This document shows positions 49,505 to 62,029 of a DNA stretch of 64,000 bases, one piece after another. Source of the DNA: Torpedo marmorata (lineage: Eukaryota); assembly GCA_977017645.1 (NCBI GenBank), contig OZ360235.1:27404001-27468000 (forward strand), read 5' to 3'. A program made the position numbers and the translations under genes. The notes under the pieces were generated by a model that searched no databases, was not told where the DNA came from, and worked only from the letters and a program-made list of their open reading frames with translations. Position 1 is the first letter of the stretch. Each line of letters begins with the position of its first letter.

Positions 49505-51184
49505 CAGTGGCGGATTAACTACCACCCGGGCCCCTAGGCTGAGCTTTAGTAAGGCCCCCCTGACCGTTCCCCCCCCAGGTGATGCCCTCCCCTCACATAT
49601 TCTAAATTTATCCGCCGGGTATGTACTCGGGGTGTGCGTGTGTATGCTGTGCTCAGCGATGTCAGGATAGAATTGATGGGCCGGGTGGCAATAGCCCAGT
49701 GGAGAGGGGTGCATGAGGAGGGGAGGGTTTGGGCCAGTAGTGGGGTGCCTTGGTGCCGGCCGCTGGTGGGGACCTCATCGCCGGGCTCTGACACTGACGA
49801 CCGCCCATGTAACCGGTTCGGCCGTGTTGGCATTTTATCCTCTGAGCCTTCCGGCTCGGGTTCAGAGAAATAACTGGAGACGTAAAACAGCTGGGTAAAA
49901 ATCAGGCATCGGCGAATTTCTAAGATGCAATCTACTTTTATATAATCTATTATTAAACATATATTTCTATTTCCGCAAGGTTCCCTGGCCTTGCCTTCCC
50001 TCTAATTACATCGATTAAAAGAGAACTCTCTGTCCAGGGTCCGCTTTTGCTCGTGCCTTGACAACACGATTGAAAGATTCAGTCGATCGATTCAGATTTA
50101 TTAAATCATGAATACCACCCTGAAAATGCACAGATATATTTCTGTCCGGTTGGGAGACTTGCAAGAACAAAGTTATTTTTATGAAGCATGTTAACTTGGG
50201 ACACCACCGGGATGTAAGAGGCTCTTGGGAAACGGCGAGGTGACTGCAGTTTGCATTGAAAGGTGATGACTTTACCCCTGTCTTCATGGCAAAACATAGG
50301 CTGAGACAGCGGTGAAGTTCAGGGAACGAAGATAGGTTGTCCCCCTCCTCCGGTCTCGCCCCCCCCGCCCCCCTCCCCCCACCATGCCCTTGGGACACTC
50401 AAACTCAGCCTATTTGCTTTGAAATGTTCCCCAAGAACCCCATTTTTTCAGGCAGTGCGGTGTGGATCACAGTGACTCGTGAGGTAAATAAAATCCTTAG
50501 CGGCCCTTTGTGATTCTGACGCCAATGTCCTTAAATCAGAGCGCCGGCCTGGGTCATGTCGTGCTCATCACTGGGGGCTCCTAAACTCTTCCTTGTTATG
50601 ATGTTATCCAGTATACTGGAGATTACGGGCAGGATTCAACCCCGTCCCCCACCCCCCAATCCTCCACCTTCCCACCAAACTATTAGATTTTTAACATCTC
50701 TCAGTGGCCTCTCAGTCAATCACCCAGCGGCGCCCACCAGCCCCACCAGAGTGCCTCTAGTTACTTAACTGCCTCCGGGCGCTCTGGGCGAGCTGCTTTA
50801 ATTCAACCCCCATCCCCCAATCATCCTCCACCTTCACACCAAACTATTAGATTTTTAACATCTCTCTGACCGAATTGGACGTTAAAAATCTAATAGTTTG
50901 GTGGGAAGGTGGAGGATCGCACACGCCGCAAGACTTCATGCCACCGCAGCGCCGCCGCCAGCTCCCAGAAACCACCGCACGCATCACCCCGGCAACGGCG
51001 CGACGCCGACTCTGGCCCACACTCCACAGTCACCGGCTTCACCCTCGCAGACCTGCAGTATGAAACGATAAACCGAGACCAGGCTAACCTTTACTGAGTA
51101 GGCTGAAGCCTAGGGGCTCGGGCCCCCTTACCCTCTGGGCCCCTAGGCTTCAGCCTACTCAGCCTAATGGTTAATCCGCCACTG
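49505..51184. mobile_element. 1680-bp non-autonomous hAT DNA transposon in the last PTPRQ intron
   Basis: Perfect 15-bp TIRs cagtggcggattaac and gttaatccgccactg; perfect 8-bp TSD ctaggggg (49497-49504 and 51185-51192). Confidence 0.93.
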
Positions 51185-52577
51185 CTAGGGGGACAGATTC
51201 AGTCTGGGCCTGCAAAGATCAAAGCAAGCAAGGACCCTGCATCGTTTTTCAGAGTAAAAGGACTGGGTCATCTTAACCCACTGGGCTCATTCATGGCGTC
51301 AATTGGTTCCTACTTGTAGACAGTGGAAATAAACTTGACATTGAGTTAGAATCCGAATTGGTGATGTTAGTCTATTGTTGATTAGGATTGAAAGGTCATC
51401 GCAGAGTCAACAATTGAGGTTGGAGAGGGGCAGCCCAGCCAGACAGATGACTAAAATATTTTTGCACATGTAATATGTCTAACTTGTAACTTACAAATAA
51501 TCTTTAAACATTTTGAAAATAATTTACCTGGCCCTGGAACCTTGTTTTTGCTAACCTTTGCATGTAAATATTGTCAGGTCCAATGTTAGAATGGGTTTTA
51601 ATGATGTAATCAGGTCACACACCGTCAAATAGATGCTGGCTCTTCTAGGGTGAGTATTCTTCCCATGCCATAGGTTAGTTAAATAGAACTGGCTGGTGTA
51701 GGAATGCAGTGCAAAGCACAAGAGCTGTTTTCCACTCACTCACTCACTCCTTTCCAAAACTACTGTTGTCATGTTAAAACAACTGAATTAACCTGCATAT
51801 GTAACTTTTTAGTCTCAGGGACGCATTTATTAATTGATTATTACAAATGAGATGACCAAGGACATGTTCAGAATATGATATGTTAACCATTGTGTAATAC
51901 TTTCACATGGCTCTTTTGCAAAAGATTTTTCAACTGAAAAGAAGGAATTGTTATTTGCTTTCCCCAGTTGCCATCAGAACCTCACTAACTATTCTGCATT
52001 CAGAGTTTGGAAAAATGAAGAGCACAATGATTTTAGCAAACCAATTTGACTTTTGGACACAAAATCCATACATAATAAAGCATATTTCTTGATATATTTT
52101 TTTCTCATGTTTGTTCTTTCACCTGGGAAGGAGGAATGGTCTGAATATTAGACAGTTCACTGATGCTGTCAGTTACATTGTAAATAGGCAAAAGTAGGTG
52201 TTCAGCTGTTGAATGAACTTGTTCAATTAGGTTTTCTGCCCATTTGATTGATAGTGAAGACTGTCTTTATGATTGGGAGTCTAGCAGTCATGCTCGAGTA
52301 CTTTCTTAACCATCGAAAAGCCTCCTAATATCAAGTTCCAGAAAGCACCATGCTATATCTGCAAAGACTATATTGTAATTAGCACTTTATACACAGAATT
52401 TACTCTTGTAGAGTTTGAAGCAGGAAATTGAGTGTCACAGGGTCATTATAAACATGCACAATTTAATATTTCATATTTGCAACATAATGAAAAAGTGCAC
52501 TTGATACACGAGTGCTACATTTCCCTTTCTGCTTATACAATGGTGACTTGAAAGTGTATACCGGTAAGTGCTTAATG

Positions 52578-52881
52578 GAGACACAAGAGACTGCAGATGC
52601 TGAAATCTGGAGCAAAAAAATAATCTACTGGAGAAACTCAGCAGGCCAAGCAGTGGGGAATTGGTGGGGGGGTGGGGGAGATAAGGATTTTTTGAAGTTT
52701 TGGCTCAAGATTTTGCATCAGGACTGAGACTGGAGAGGGAAGATAGCCAGTATGAAGAGGAGAGGGGGAGGGATCGTCTTTATATTGGCCATCTTCTCTC
52801 TCCAGTCTCAGTCCTAATGGACAGTTTGGCTCCAAAGCTTTGAGAATTCCTTTCCCCCATTGGGTTCCTCCAGCAGTTTGT
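52578..52881. mobile_element. Penelope-derived inverted-repeat element
   Basis: ctgcagatgctgaaatctggagcaaa..ctggagaaactcagc; inner inverted arms ggactgagactggagagggaagat and atcttctctctccagtctcagtcc. Confidence 0.7.
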
Positions 52882-53130
52882 TCAACGCTTAGTGTCTGCT
52901 TAAAATAGTGGAGTGTGGAACGAATGTGGTTTAAATATAGTCAGTTCCAGGCTATCTTGCAATATGGTTGGCACAACATTGTGGGTTGAAGGGCATGTAC
53001 TCTGCTGTACTGTTCTAAATTCTGTAGTGATATTTTTTTTTGTTCCAGGAATGTGACAAAAGGGTTTCATTTCCATGATAAATTTGGAGTTATAGAACAT
53101 GAAGTCAATTGTGAAAATTTGTCTTCTTAC

Positions 53131-53254
53131 CTTCCATTGTATCGAGGGAGTCCATCTTTTGTAAAGCAGCATAATTTACAAACCACAGCGAACGACTGTT
53201 TCCTTTGTTATTCAACAGATCCAAAGCACATTGATGTAAGAACATGTATTGAGC
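53131..53254 (-). CDS. PTPRQ: PTPRQ penultimate coding exon (124 bp)
   Basis: [41 protein letters not shown]; AG and gtaag boundaries. Confidence 0.95.
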
Positions 53255-53671
53255 CTATATTCAATTAAATGTTAACAAATTAATATTGAACAATTCAAAA
53301 AATATAACTGAAACTGGAAACTCCAAAACCTGCACTGTATTGCTATTAACTTACGAATAGAAATCATTTAGCTCCATATAAATTCGTAAAATACATTCAT
53401 TATGTATTAATCATCCTAATTTTAACAGAAATATTTGCACAATGAATTTCTATATTTCATTTCTCTATAATATATTGTGCAATGGTAACAATGACCAAAG
53501 AATGTAAACAATGTCAACTAACTGTGACAGTACGATATTATGTCAGAGTTAAAGCTGAATGTTTGAGATAGAGTTGATGAGAGATTTAAAAATCGTCCCC
53601 TGCTAGCTAACATTATTTTCATTCTACAAACAATATTGAGGTATTATATGGCATACAGACTAGTACAACTG

Positions 53672-54595
53672 CCATGAATATCAGCCAGTGCTATGGAGAG
53701 GACCCCACATGCTCCCTCTGCCCGACTTCAGCAACACTAAAACACATTTTGGTGGGCTGCAAGACCAGCCTCATTCAAGGCCGATACACCTGGTGTCACA
53801 ACCAGGTGCTACGGTGTCTTGCAGCAGTGCTGGAAAATTGCCGGACGAGTGTTAACGCTCTACCTCCCCTTCATCCCGCTGGCCGTTAACAGCATTTGTC
53901 CGGGAAGGTGAGGGTCAAGTCGGAATGGCCACATCAAGATCAGACTCCAGGTGGCTAGGCAGGGCAAGTGATTGGAAGATGGCAGCAGACTTAGGCCAGA
54001 GGCTCTGCTTCCCAAATGAAATCGTGGAAACCAACCTCAGACCAGACCTTGTGCTGTGGTTGGCCTCACTCCATCTCGTTTATATCATCGAGCTTACAGT
54101 GCCCTGGGAAGATGCAGTGGGGGAGGCCTATGAGCACAAGAAACTGAGGTACGCTGAGCTTGCAGCTGATGTGCAGCAACGTGGCTGGAAGGCAAGGGTC
54201 CGACCGGGTGAAGTAGGCTGCAGAGGATTTGTAGCCACATCAACATCAAGGCTACTCCGAGAGTTGGGAGTGCGAGGAAAGATACACCGACAAGTGGTTA
54301 AATATCTCTCCAGAGCTGCTGAAAAGGGTAGTCAGTTGCTCTGGATGAGGAGAAAGGATTCCACCTGGGCACCAAAGTGAGTGAATGGCATCTAGGGGGT
54401 GTGCCCGGGATGCCGGGATTCACTGCTGAACCCTCCGGAGGTGTCGTGGGTCTATCAGCGAAACACTGAGGAAGGAGTCCACTTGATAACCCAGAAGATG
54501 CCACCACTCACTTGGCTACCCCGCAGAATCTAGGCAGCAAGTCTCAGGAGTGCAATAAGGGATATTAACATCTAGTCCTACATAACATACCAACA
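53672..54595 (+). mobile_element. 5'-truncated R2-group (Hero-like) non-LTR retrotransposon: CCHC finger plus restriction-like endonuclease
   Basis: CSLC..TLKHILVGC zinc knuckle, YTWCHNQVL, and LRPDLVLW..IIELTVPWE..KKLRY (PD-(D/E) RLE motif); split over two ORFs. Confidence 0.85.
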
Positions 54596-55809
54596 TGGCC
54601 CATGGATTCAAACTTAAGGGTCTAAAGGAAATTTGAAAAGATCCATTTGGATCACTAACACTTTTAAATTTAAATATGGCTAAAATAAAAAGCCATCATG
54701 TGATAAAATTCACTAAGATAAGTCCACGACAGTTATCTGCAGTGGTTTTATTTAAAGTAGATTTCCTTGGCACACATTTGCCTATATGGTACCTCAATGA
54801 ACAAAACACATAGTAAAGCAAAACAATTAGAATGAGATGCATAAAGTGGAAACCTTTTCTGTGTTGTTAAAGCTACTTAATTGATTGTTGTAGGAATTTG
54901 AGGGGAAATGTACCCTTAGGTTGCTCCCATAACATGTAAATATTTATTATCCATAAAACATTCAAGTAGATGATGCAAGAATGCAACCTGTAGTTGCACG
55001 ACTGCCCAGTTTTGCACTACTAATATAGTAGTAGCAGTCAAGGGAAAAGACATCTGCATAATCCATTGGGACTAGTGTAGGTGAGACTGGTGTGGGTGGG
55101 ACATTTTGGTCGGTGTGGACAAGTTGAGCTGAAGGGTCTGTTTCCACGCTGTATGACTCTATTTCACAAGTGTTTAAGAAAACCGTGGACACTGAGAAAG
55201 TTGTCAAACTAAGGCTGTGTAGCAGTTTATATCTTCTAAGTAGATTATTTAAGCATGCTCGTCATTCTGTTATATATGTACTATTTCATAAAAATATTCA
55301 CAGAACTATGCATCCCTTATTTCTGAAAGTGCATTGTACATTGCAGCAGGAGCTGCAACTAACAGTTAGAACATGACCCACGTGGATATTTTTAAGTGCT
55401 TCACATCAAAAGTTGTTTAGTCACATCTTCATTGTCTGATGCTCATTCATGTATTTGAACACATGTTGGATTGGAGAATGGGCCCTTCAATTTGATTTTA
55501 TACATACTTTTAAGTTGGAATGTTTCCACCATTAGCAGGATAAATTGGCTCATAACAGCTATTTGATCCAACAGCATTATCAATTCTGTTGCATGAAAGA
55601 ATGCACCGCAGGACATCTTACACAGCAGCAGAGCTGCTGAGTTACATTAAAAATTTGCAGAAGTCAAAAAACTGGCAATAAAATTAACATGATGTGATGC
55701 CTTGAATTTTGCACAAAATTAGTGTGAAACTGAAACAAAGGATTTTCCATCAATCAATGAGAAGAACACAGAGCACAAATGCCTTCATATTAATGTTCCA
55801 CATTCTTAC

Positions 55810-55945
55810 CAAGTTCTGAACCATGCACATTCGCTCATTTCGTAATTCTGCCACAAGTCCAAAGATATCCACAAAGTCATGGTGGTTCACGTGTTGTATA
55901 AGGTGATCAAGTGCAATAAAGACACCAGTCCTTCCTACACCAGCA
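55810..55945 (-). CDS. PTPRQ: PTPRQ exon (136 bp): P-loop second half and Q-loop
   Basis: (S)[45 protein letters not shown]; ctctcag and gtaag boundaries. Confidence 0.96.
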
Positions 55946-56426
55946 CTGAGAGATAGAAGTAGATAAAAACACATCTTATACAGCTATATAAAATATTCTT
56001 CCGTTGGTTCATTAAGTTTCACATGTTCATCGAATAAGTTTGATATTTCAGGCTGTATCTGAATGCAAGTTGCAATATAAATCTTTTTGTAAAGAATAGA
56101 GTTATTTTACTTATTTTCTTACCTCTTTAAAGTTGTCCGAAAATACCTGTGCATGGTTCTAGTTTTTATTACTTTCAATATTTCTTTGTGTGCCTCTCTC
56201 TACATTATCCATAAAATAGGACCAGGATTGTAAAAAGAAACAAGCATTTTTTTTCAAAACTTTTTTTGAATTGTGATTAAACTATAGTCCGGATGCTTCT
56301 CTGTGACAAAACTGAAAGGATCATGAAAAACAGAGGGGCAATTCAACAAGGTGGTCTTTGAACTTTATTGCCTCATTTCACCAATATTCTAACAGCATAT
56401 GGTTCTGATTTCACAGATCATAGATA

Positions 56427-56650
56427 CAGTAAAACCCCCAGTATCCGGCACCTATGGGGATTGGTAGATACCGGAGGTGAATTTGCCAGTTACTTGAGAC
56501 TGCATGTTGCGTGGATTGGCGAACTGATCGCTAGGGTGTGCCAATTTTAAACCTGTATTTTTTACCTATTTATTTTCCACAATTTTTTTTTTCTGGTTGC
56601 TTGAGGCTGCCGGTTGCTTGGATTCCGGATAACGGGTTTTTTTAAAACTG
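56427..56650. mobile_element. Tigger-like MITE
   Basis: ta-cagtaaaacccccagtatccgg and ccggataacgggttttt..actg-ta, imperfect TIRs with TA flanks. Confidence 0.7.
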
Positions 56651-56805
56651 TATTACAGGAAAAATATTTAAGCAATGCTTCACAATGTACTACTCTTTAC
56701 AATAATGATATACTTTAAGCACTGTTGGACAAGAAAACATTCCTTTTATTTAGGGATGCTACAGCAGTATTATTATAATAAAAATTTGATTTAGCAGCAA
56801 CTTAC

Positions 56806-56960
56806 CTGCAATGGACAACGATAGGAGTACCGGTATTATCATTGGCTCTGTTTGCTCGAATTAGCTTCACAAAATGAATCAAAGCTGCACTGGTCTCAGG
56901 GACACCATGCTCAGGCCAAGAAGTGAAGTTGAAATGTGTCACCATCATAAAATCACCATG
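56806..56960 (-). CDS. PTPRQ: PTPRQ exon (155 bp): WPE loop and HCS
   Basis: [51 protein letters not shown](S); WPE is the PTPRQ hallmark. Confidence 0.96.
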
Positions 56961-57299
56961 CTGCTCAAATAGTTATTGAAGTAAAAGAATGTCAGAATCA
57001 TAAAAACATTCAAGGACAATATATTTTCTTTTGTTGAATATTTTATTTTATTTTAAAAGCCAAATATATTATCAATAACAAAAATAATACATCATCAAAG
57101 ACAATATCTTAACGTGATGTTAAGGATTCGTAAAATAATTTTTAAATTAGGTTGGAAAAAATATAATAACTAAATTTGGAAGCACACTCAAAAGTGGAGC
57201 CACTGAGTGTGTTTAGCACCACTGACTGGGGATGAATCTCTAGCCAAAGGTTTGTAGCTGAGATTGAATAGATTAAATTATACTTTGTCTCCCTGGAAT

Positions 57300-58950
57300 G
57301 AGAAGGAATCATTTCCTTTCTCTGACATCCATTATATTAGTACAAATTCAAACTATGAAAAGCTACCTATTGTATCTAAAGGTGAATGGTCAAATTCTGG
57401 AACATAATTTAAAAGGAGGTATTAGATATCTTTGTGGGCTTAAAAATTGATAAATCCCCAGGGTATAATAAGAGGTATCTCAGGCTGCGATGGGAGGAGA
57501 TCGCTGAGGCCCTACTCACATTTTTAAATCTTCACTGGCCATTGCTGAGGTGCCAGATTACTCGAGGACTGAAAATGTGATACTGTTATTCAATATGGGC
57601 AGTAAGCATAAGCAGGCATTTACTGGCCAGTGAGTTGAATGTTAATGGTAGGAAAGTTATTGGAAAACATTCTGTGGGTCAGGCTTAATGGGATGATAGC
57701 ATGAACAAAGATAACATAGTTTTGTTTGGGTGAAATCCTGTCTGAATAATCAGATTTTTTAAAAAATAGGTGGCAAAATATATTGGTGAGTGCAGTGTGG
57801 TTGACGTATCAGAGTGGAATTCAGTAAGGCGTTTGATAAGGTCACACATAGGGAGGGTAAACCAAAGCTTTCGAACCAATGGATCCAAAACAAGTTAGTA
57901 AATTGGTTCTCTTACTCACTTGAGATGAAGAGGCAGAGAGTGATGGTGAAGGGTGTTTTTGTGATTGGAAGCTTGTAACCAGTGACGTACCACAACGATC
58001 AGTGCTTGGACATTCACTGTTTGTTTTATATATACATTAATGATTTGGATATGAACGTAGGAGCCATAATTAGTAAGTTTGTAGATGACATGGAAATTGG
58101 TGGTGGTGTTGATTTTTGTAGGATAATTGTAGGCTATAGGAGTTTGATCCATTGGTGTGCAGACAAATGGCAGATGAAATTAAATCCTGAGAAGTGCAAA
58201 ATGATACACTCTGGGAGGACTAAAAGGTTAGGATATACAAAATGAATGGTAGGGCCCAAGGGAGCATCGAGGAACAGAGGGACCTTGGTGTACAAGTTCA
58301 TGTATCTCTAAAGGTGGCAGGCTAGGTAGCTGTGGTGAAGAAGGCACATGAGATCTTGCCTACATTAGCCTGGGCGTAGAATATATGAATAGGTAGGTCA
58401 TGGTACAAGTTTATAAAACACTGGATAGGCCACATGTTATGTACTGTGTGCAGTTCTTGTCATTCACTAGAGGAAGGTTGTATTTACACTGAAGAAGGTG
58501 CAGAGGGGATTCACCAGGATTTTGCCTGGGATGAAGTGTTTTGGATATGAAGAGAGATGGGATAGGTTGGATTTGTGTTACTTAGAATTGAGACAGGACC
58601 TGAAAAAGGTATGCAAAATTATGAGGGACACGGGGTAGATAGTAGGAAACATTCCCCATTGCAAAGGTACGCAAAACTAGAGAGCATAGGGCAAGGAGTA
58701 AAAGGTTTACAGGGGATCTGAGGAAGAACATTTTCACCCCAGAAGGTGGACGCAATCTAGTGCATACTGCCCAAATAGGTGGTAGAGGCAGGCACCTTCA
58801 CAGTTAAGTAGCATCTAGACAAGCCCTTAAATCAACAAGGCAAAAAGGCAACAGACCAAGTGTTGGGAAATGGGATTGATATGGATAGATGATTACTTGA
58901 TGATTGGTATGGCAATCATTGGTCAAAGGGCCTGTTTATCTGATTCTATG
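57300..58950 (+). mobile_element. Degenerate CR1 LINE ORF2 and 3' end
   Basis: ORF 57982-58245 (YIYINDLDMNVGAIISKFVDDMEIGG..WQMKLNPEKC) and a CR1-like tail. Confidence 0.8.
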
Positions 58951-59595
58951 ATTTTGAATAAGCTCAACTTTGGGAGCTGATTGATGTGTAACAGCTGGCC
59001 TTAATCATTTCTTTAATAAGGAAGGAAATGTTGGTTCACATTTTCATTTCTAATCACTGCCAACAACCAAAATGGAAATACACACATTAAAGTCGGTTGA
59101 TATGAAGACTATGTGTAGCTAGCATGTCCAATGGTCATGTGTTGCTGACATCACTGCAGGCTACACATAGAATCTATCTGGGGAGCGAGGTGTAGTGAAT
59201 GCTGAACTTGTCAGCTACACTTTGCGATTTACTGTTACTATTCTTATTCAGGCAGGGTAAAGAAAATCAGTAAAGGAAAATGAAGAGTTGTTTGCAATAC
59301 AGTATTAGTGCAAGCTTAATCATTTGGGATCCTCCTTTGTTTTTTTGTTTCTGGTCATGTAATTATATTGATGTCTATTTGAATTTCATGGACAGATTGT
59401 ACTGAAAGAACTTATAATAAACTTGCATAATTTAATGAAAAATGTTACAATGCTCCATTCATTTAATATATGGCTAAATGAAACAATAATCTGGAGTCTA
59501 TTTTGATAATGCCTGTTTTATAATGTTATTTCACTATCGAAAATTAACCAACAAAAACTTTTGTCATCTACTTCCATATAAAACCAGCTCAGTAC

Positions 59596-59721
59596 CTTTT
59601 CAATTTTCAGTTCTCGGATGGTCCAATCTGACTGAATGTTTTCTGCTAGCTTAGTGATCACAATATCTCCAAATACAGTGACTGGCTTGTTGTCCTCAGG
59701 CCAATACTGGTGGCACCTTAT
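59596..59721 (-). CDS. PTPRQ: PTPRQ exon (126 bp)
   Basis: [42 protein letters not shown]; ttcag and gtact boundaries. Confidence 0.96.
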
Positions 59722-60529
59722 CTGAATAAAATTACCAGGTAAATATTGTGATAAAACACTGTTGAAATTTTTTCAGTAGCCTTAGTTGCCATCATGAAAT
59801 ACTCTACACAATGCTGTTTACCTGACGCATTTGGGATAGGACTGGCCATTATATTTCAGAAAATTTCTTAAGTCTCCTCCAACTGTGGGCCTAGATTGCA
59901 AATTCTTACTTGACCTTCTGTTTGGTTTCAAGAATACCCTGAAAGGGGAAATTCACTTCTCTGAGCTCTGTGCACCCAGTGTATACACGAGATCTATTAG
60001 CTTCAACTTATTAGGCAAAATTACAAAAAGAAAATGTACAGTATACAAGATTATATGCCCATAGAGTTTATATATATTAAATTATGAATGAAGGAATATT
60101 TTTTTTAGCAGAGATCAATCATCTGGATGCAGTGATATAAATTCTTCTTCAGAAAAAGTAAAAGACAATTGAATTGTAATTTTTTTCCATCTACAGCATG
60201 GCAGCCTCTGAAGCGACTACCTGACATGATGTGGATGTGCATCAATGTGCCATAACATAACATGTGCTGCATTAAGAGCTGAGGATTGCAATCAGTCAGG
60301 ATAGTTTTTAGACTAACCTGGACAAAATGGATGGAATTGTTCTCTCTATATATTTAATGTTTATAACTCCACGAAATGGATGGCTCGAAGGTGAGGTAGA
60401 CAGGTAAGGAAAGCAGCCTAAAGAAAACTTTAAAACTTTTTTTTTTAGCATTGACCTTTTCAGAAAAGCAGCCTCCAGAATGGCTTTGGAATGCAAGGAA
60501 GAGACAAGACAATCATCTGGATAAAAAAT

Positions 60530-61010
60530 GAAATGAATTAAAGTAAAATGTTTATTATTGTCACGTGCACTGAGAATATAGTGAAAGAACATTGTTTGCA
60601 TACCATCCAGGCAAAGCAACCCAACTATAAGTACAAAAGATAATGCAAAATAAAACAAAAGTTCAGACTGGATTATTACAGAAAAAAGTGCACTTAAAAT
60701 AGTGCAAGGCTGTGACTAGAGGTTTGCAAGATCAAGGGATCATCTTTTACGTATGAAAAGTCTGTTCAAGAGTCTGATAACAGTGGGAAAGAAGATGTCA
60801 TTGAATTTGGCAGTATATTTTTGAACTCTTGTAACTTCTGCTGATGGGAGGGGGAGAAGACTAGGGTGGTATGGATCCTTTGTTACTTTGGCTGCCTTCT
60901 CAAGGCAGCAGGAAGTATAGACGAAGTCAAAAGAGGGGAGGCTGGGTGGCCTTGACTGCGTTCTTGTACCAAGCTGTGATACACCCAGATAGGATGCATC
61001 CATAAAAATA
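60530..61010 (-). mobile_element. Degenerate Rex1-like LINE 3' end
   Basis: ORF 60740-61087 (YTSCCLEKAAKVTKDPYHP..DIFFPTVIRLLN) and a tgacaataataaa tail. Confidence 0.65.
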
Positions 61011-61360
61011 TGCCAGTTGCCAACAACACACTGATGCCCCTGTGATGCAGCCAGTGTTACACGTGTTGGCTGGGTGCTGGAAAACATCTAGTGATCTGTG
61101 CTAGGGCAGTGGTAGAAGGAACGGGTAAATGCAATCTGAGCCTAATTGTCAGGATTACACGAATAAATTCAAATATATGATTATTTTGTGCAATCATTAT
61201 TTGTTAACTCTAATACTAAATGGCACACAATTAATTATATTTTCATAAACAATTATACATATTGCACATTCTGTTAAATCGTGCCTCTCAGGTTAACCAA
61301 TCTGCTCAGATAGTGTTTAGATAATGTACAACAGAATATTATCTTCCATTATTGACTTAC

Positions 61361-61495
61361 TCTGCCTTTTTCAAAACAATGTGTCAACATAACCACGGAT
61401 TGGGATCTCGTCTCCCAAATCATCCTCCAAAGGTCTGCCACTGTTCCTGGTAAAGGACCTTGAGTAGCAATGAATTCATTTGGACAGAGATAACC
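61361..61495 (-). CDS. PTPRQ: PTPRQ exon (135 bp)
   Basis: [45 protein letters not shown]; tttag and gtaag boundaries. Confidence 0.96.
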
Positions 61496-61747
61496 CTAAA
61501 AAATAATTTTAAAAATAAATTATATGCTTCAAAATATAATGACTAGTTTAAAAATCTTTCCGATATTATCAACCTGTTATTTCACTGCATGGTTCTGCTG
61601 TATTTCGGCAGCAGAGTGAATAGAGGATCAGTAAAAATCCTTGTTTGAAGTCATTTTCCAAGGTAGAGAAATACAGAACTAGAGGCCATAGGATTTAAAA
61701 GAGACCTGATGGGTCATATTTTCACACAGAGGGTGGTACATCTATGG

Positions 61748-61784
61748 CAGTGGTTCTCAACCGAAAAAAGGTTGAGTACCATTG
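61748..61784. mobile_element. 37-bp hAT mini-element inside a CR1 remnant (about 61650-61912)
   Basis: cagtggttctcaacc-gaaaaaa-ggttgagtaccattg with perfect TSD atctatgg. Confidence 0.88.
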
Positions 61785-62029
61785 ATCTATGGAATGAGCT
61801 GCAGGTACAATTGAGGCATTTAGACAGATATTTGGAACAGAAAGGTTTAGAGGGATATGGGCCAAACACGATAATGGGACCAGCATAGACAAGTTGGGTT
61901 GAAGGGCCTGTTTAAGAGGCTTGGGACATGCTGAGGAGATGTTGGGTCCTCAAATGTAAGCTCTTTCTATTCTTTAATTAGAACCAAATCAAAAGTTCAT
62001 TGAAGACAAAGTTCCATCTCGGTTTAAAT

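Noticed and set aside
52261-52300. Homolog of the mouse Myf5 Pax3/Six limb enhancer (ctttatgatt and agtcatgc words)
   Set aside because: The words are not arranged as I recall in the mouse element; unsupported without an alignment.
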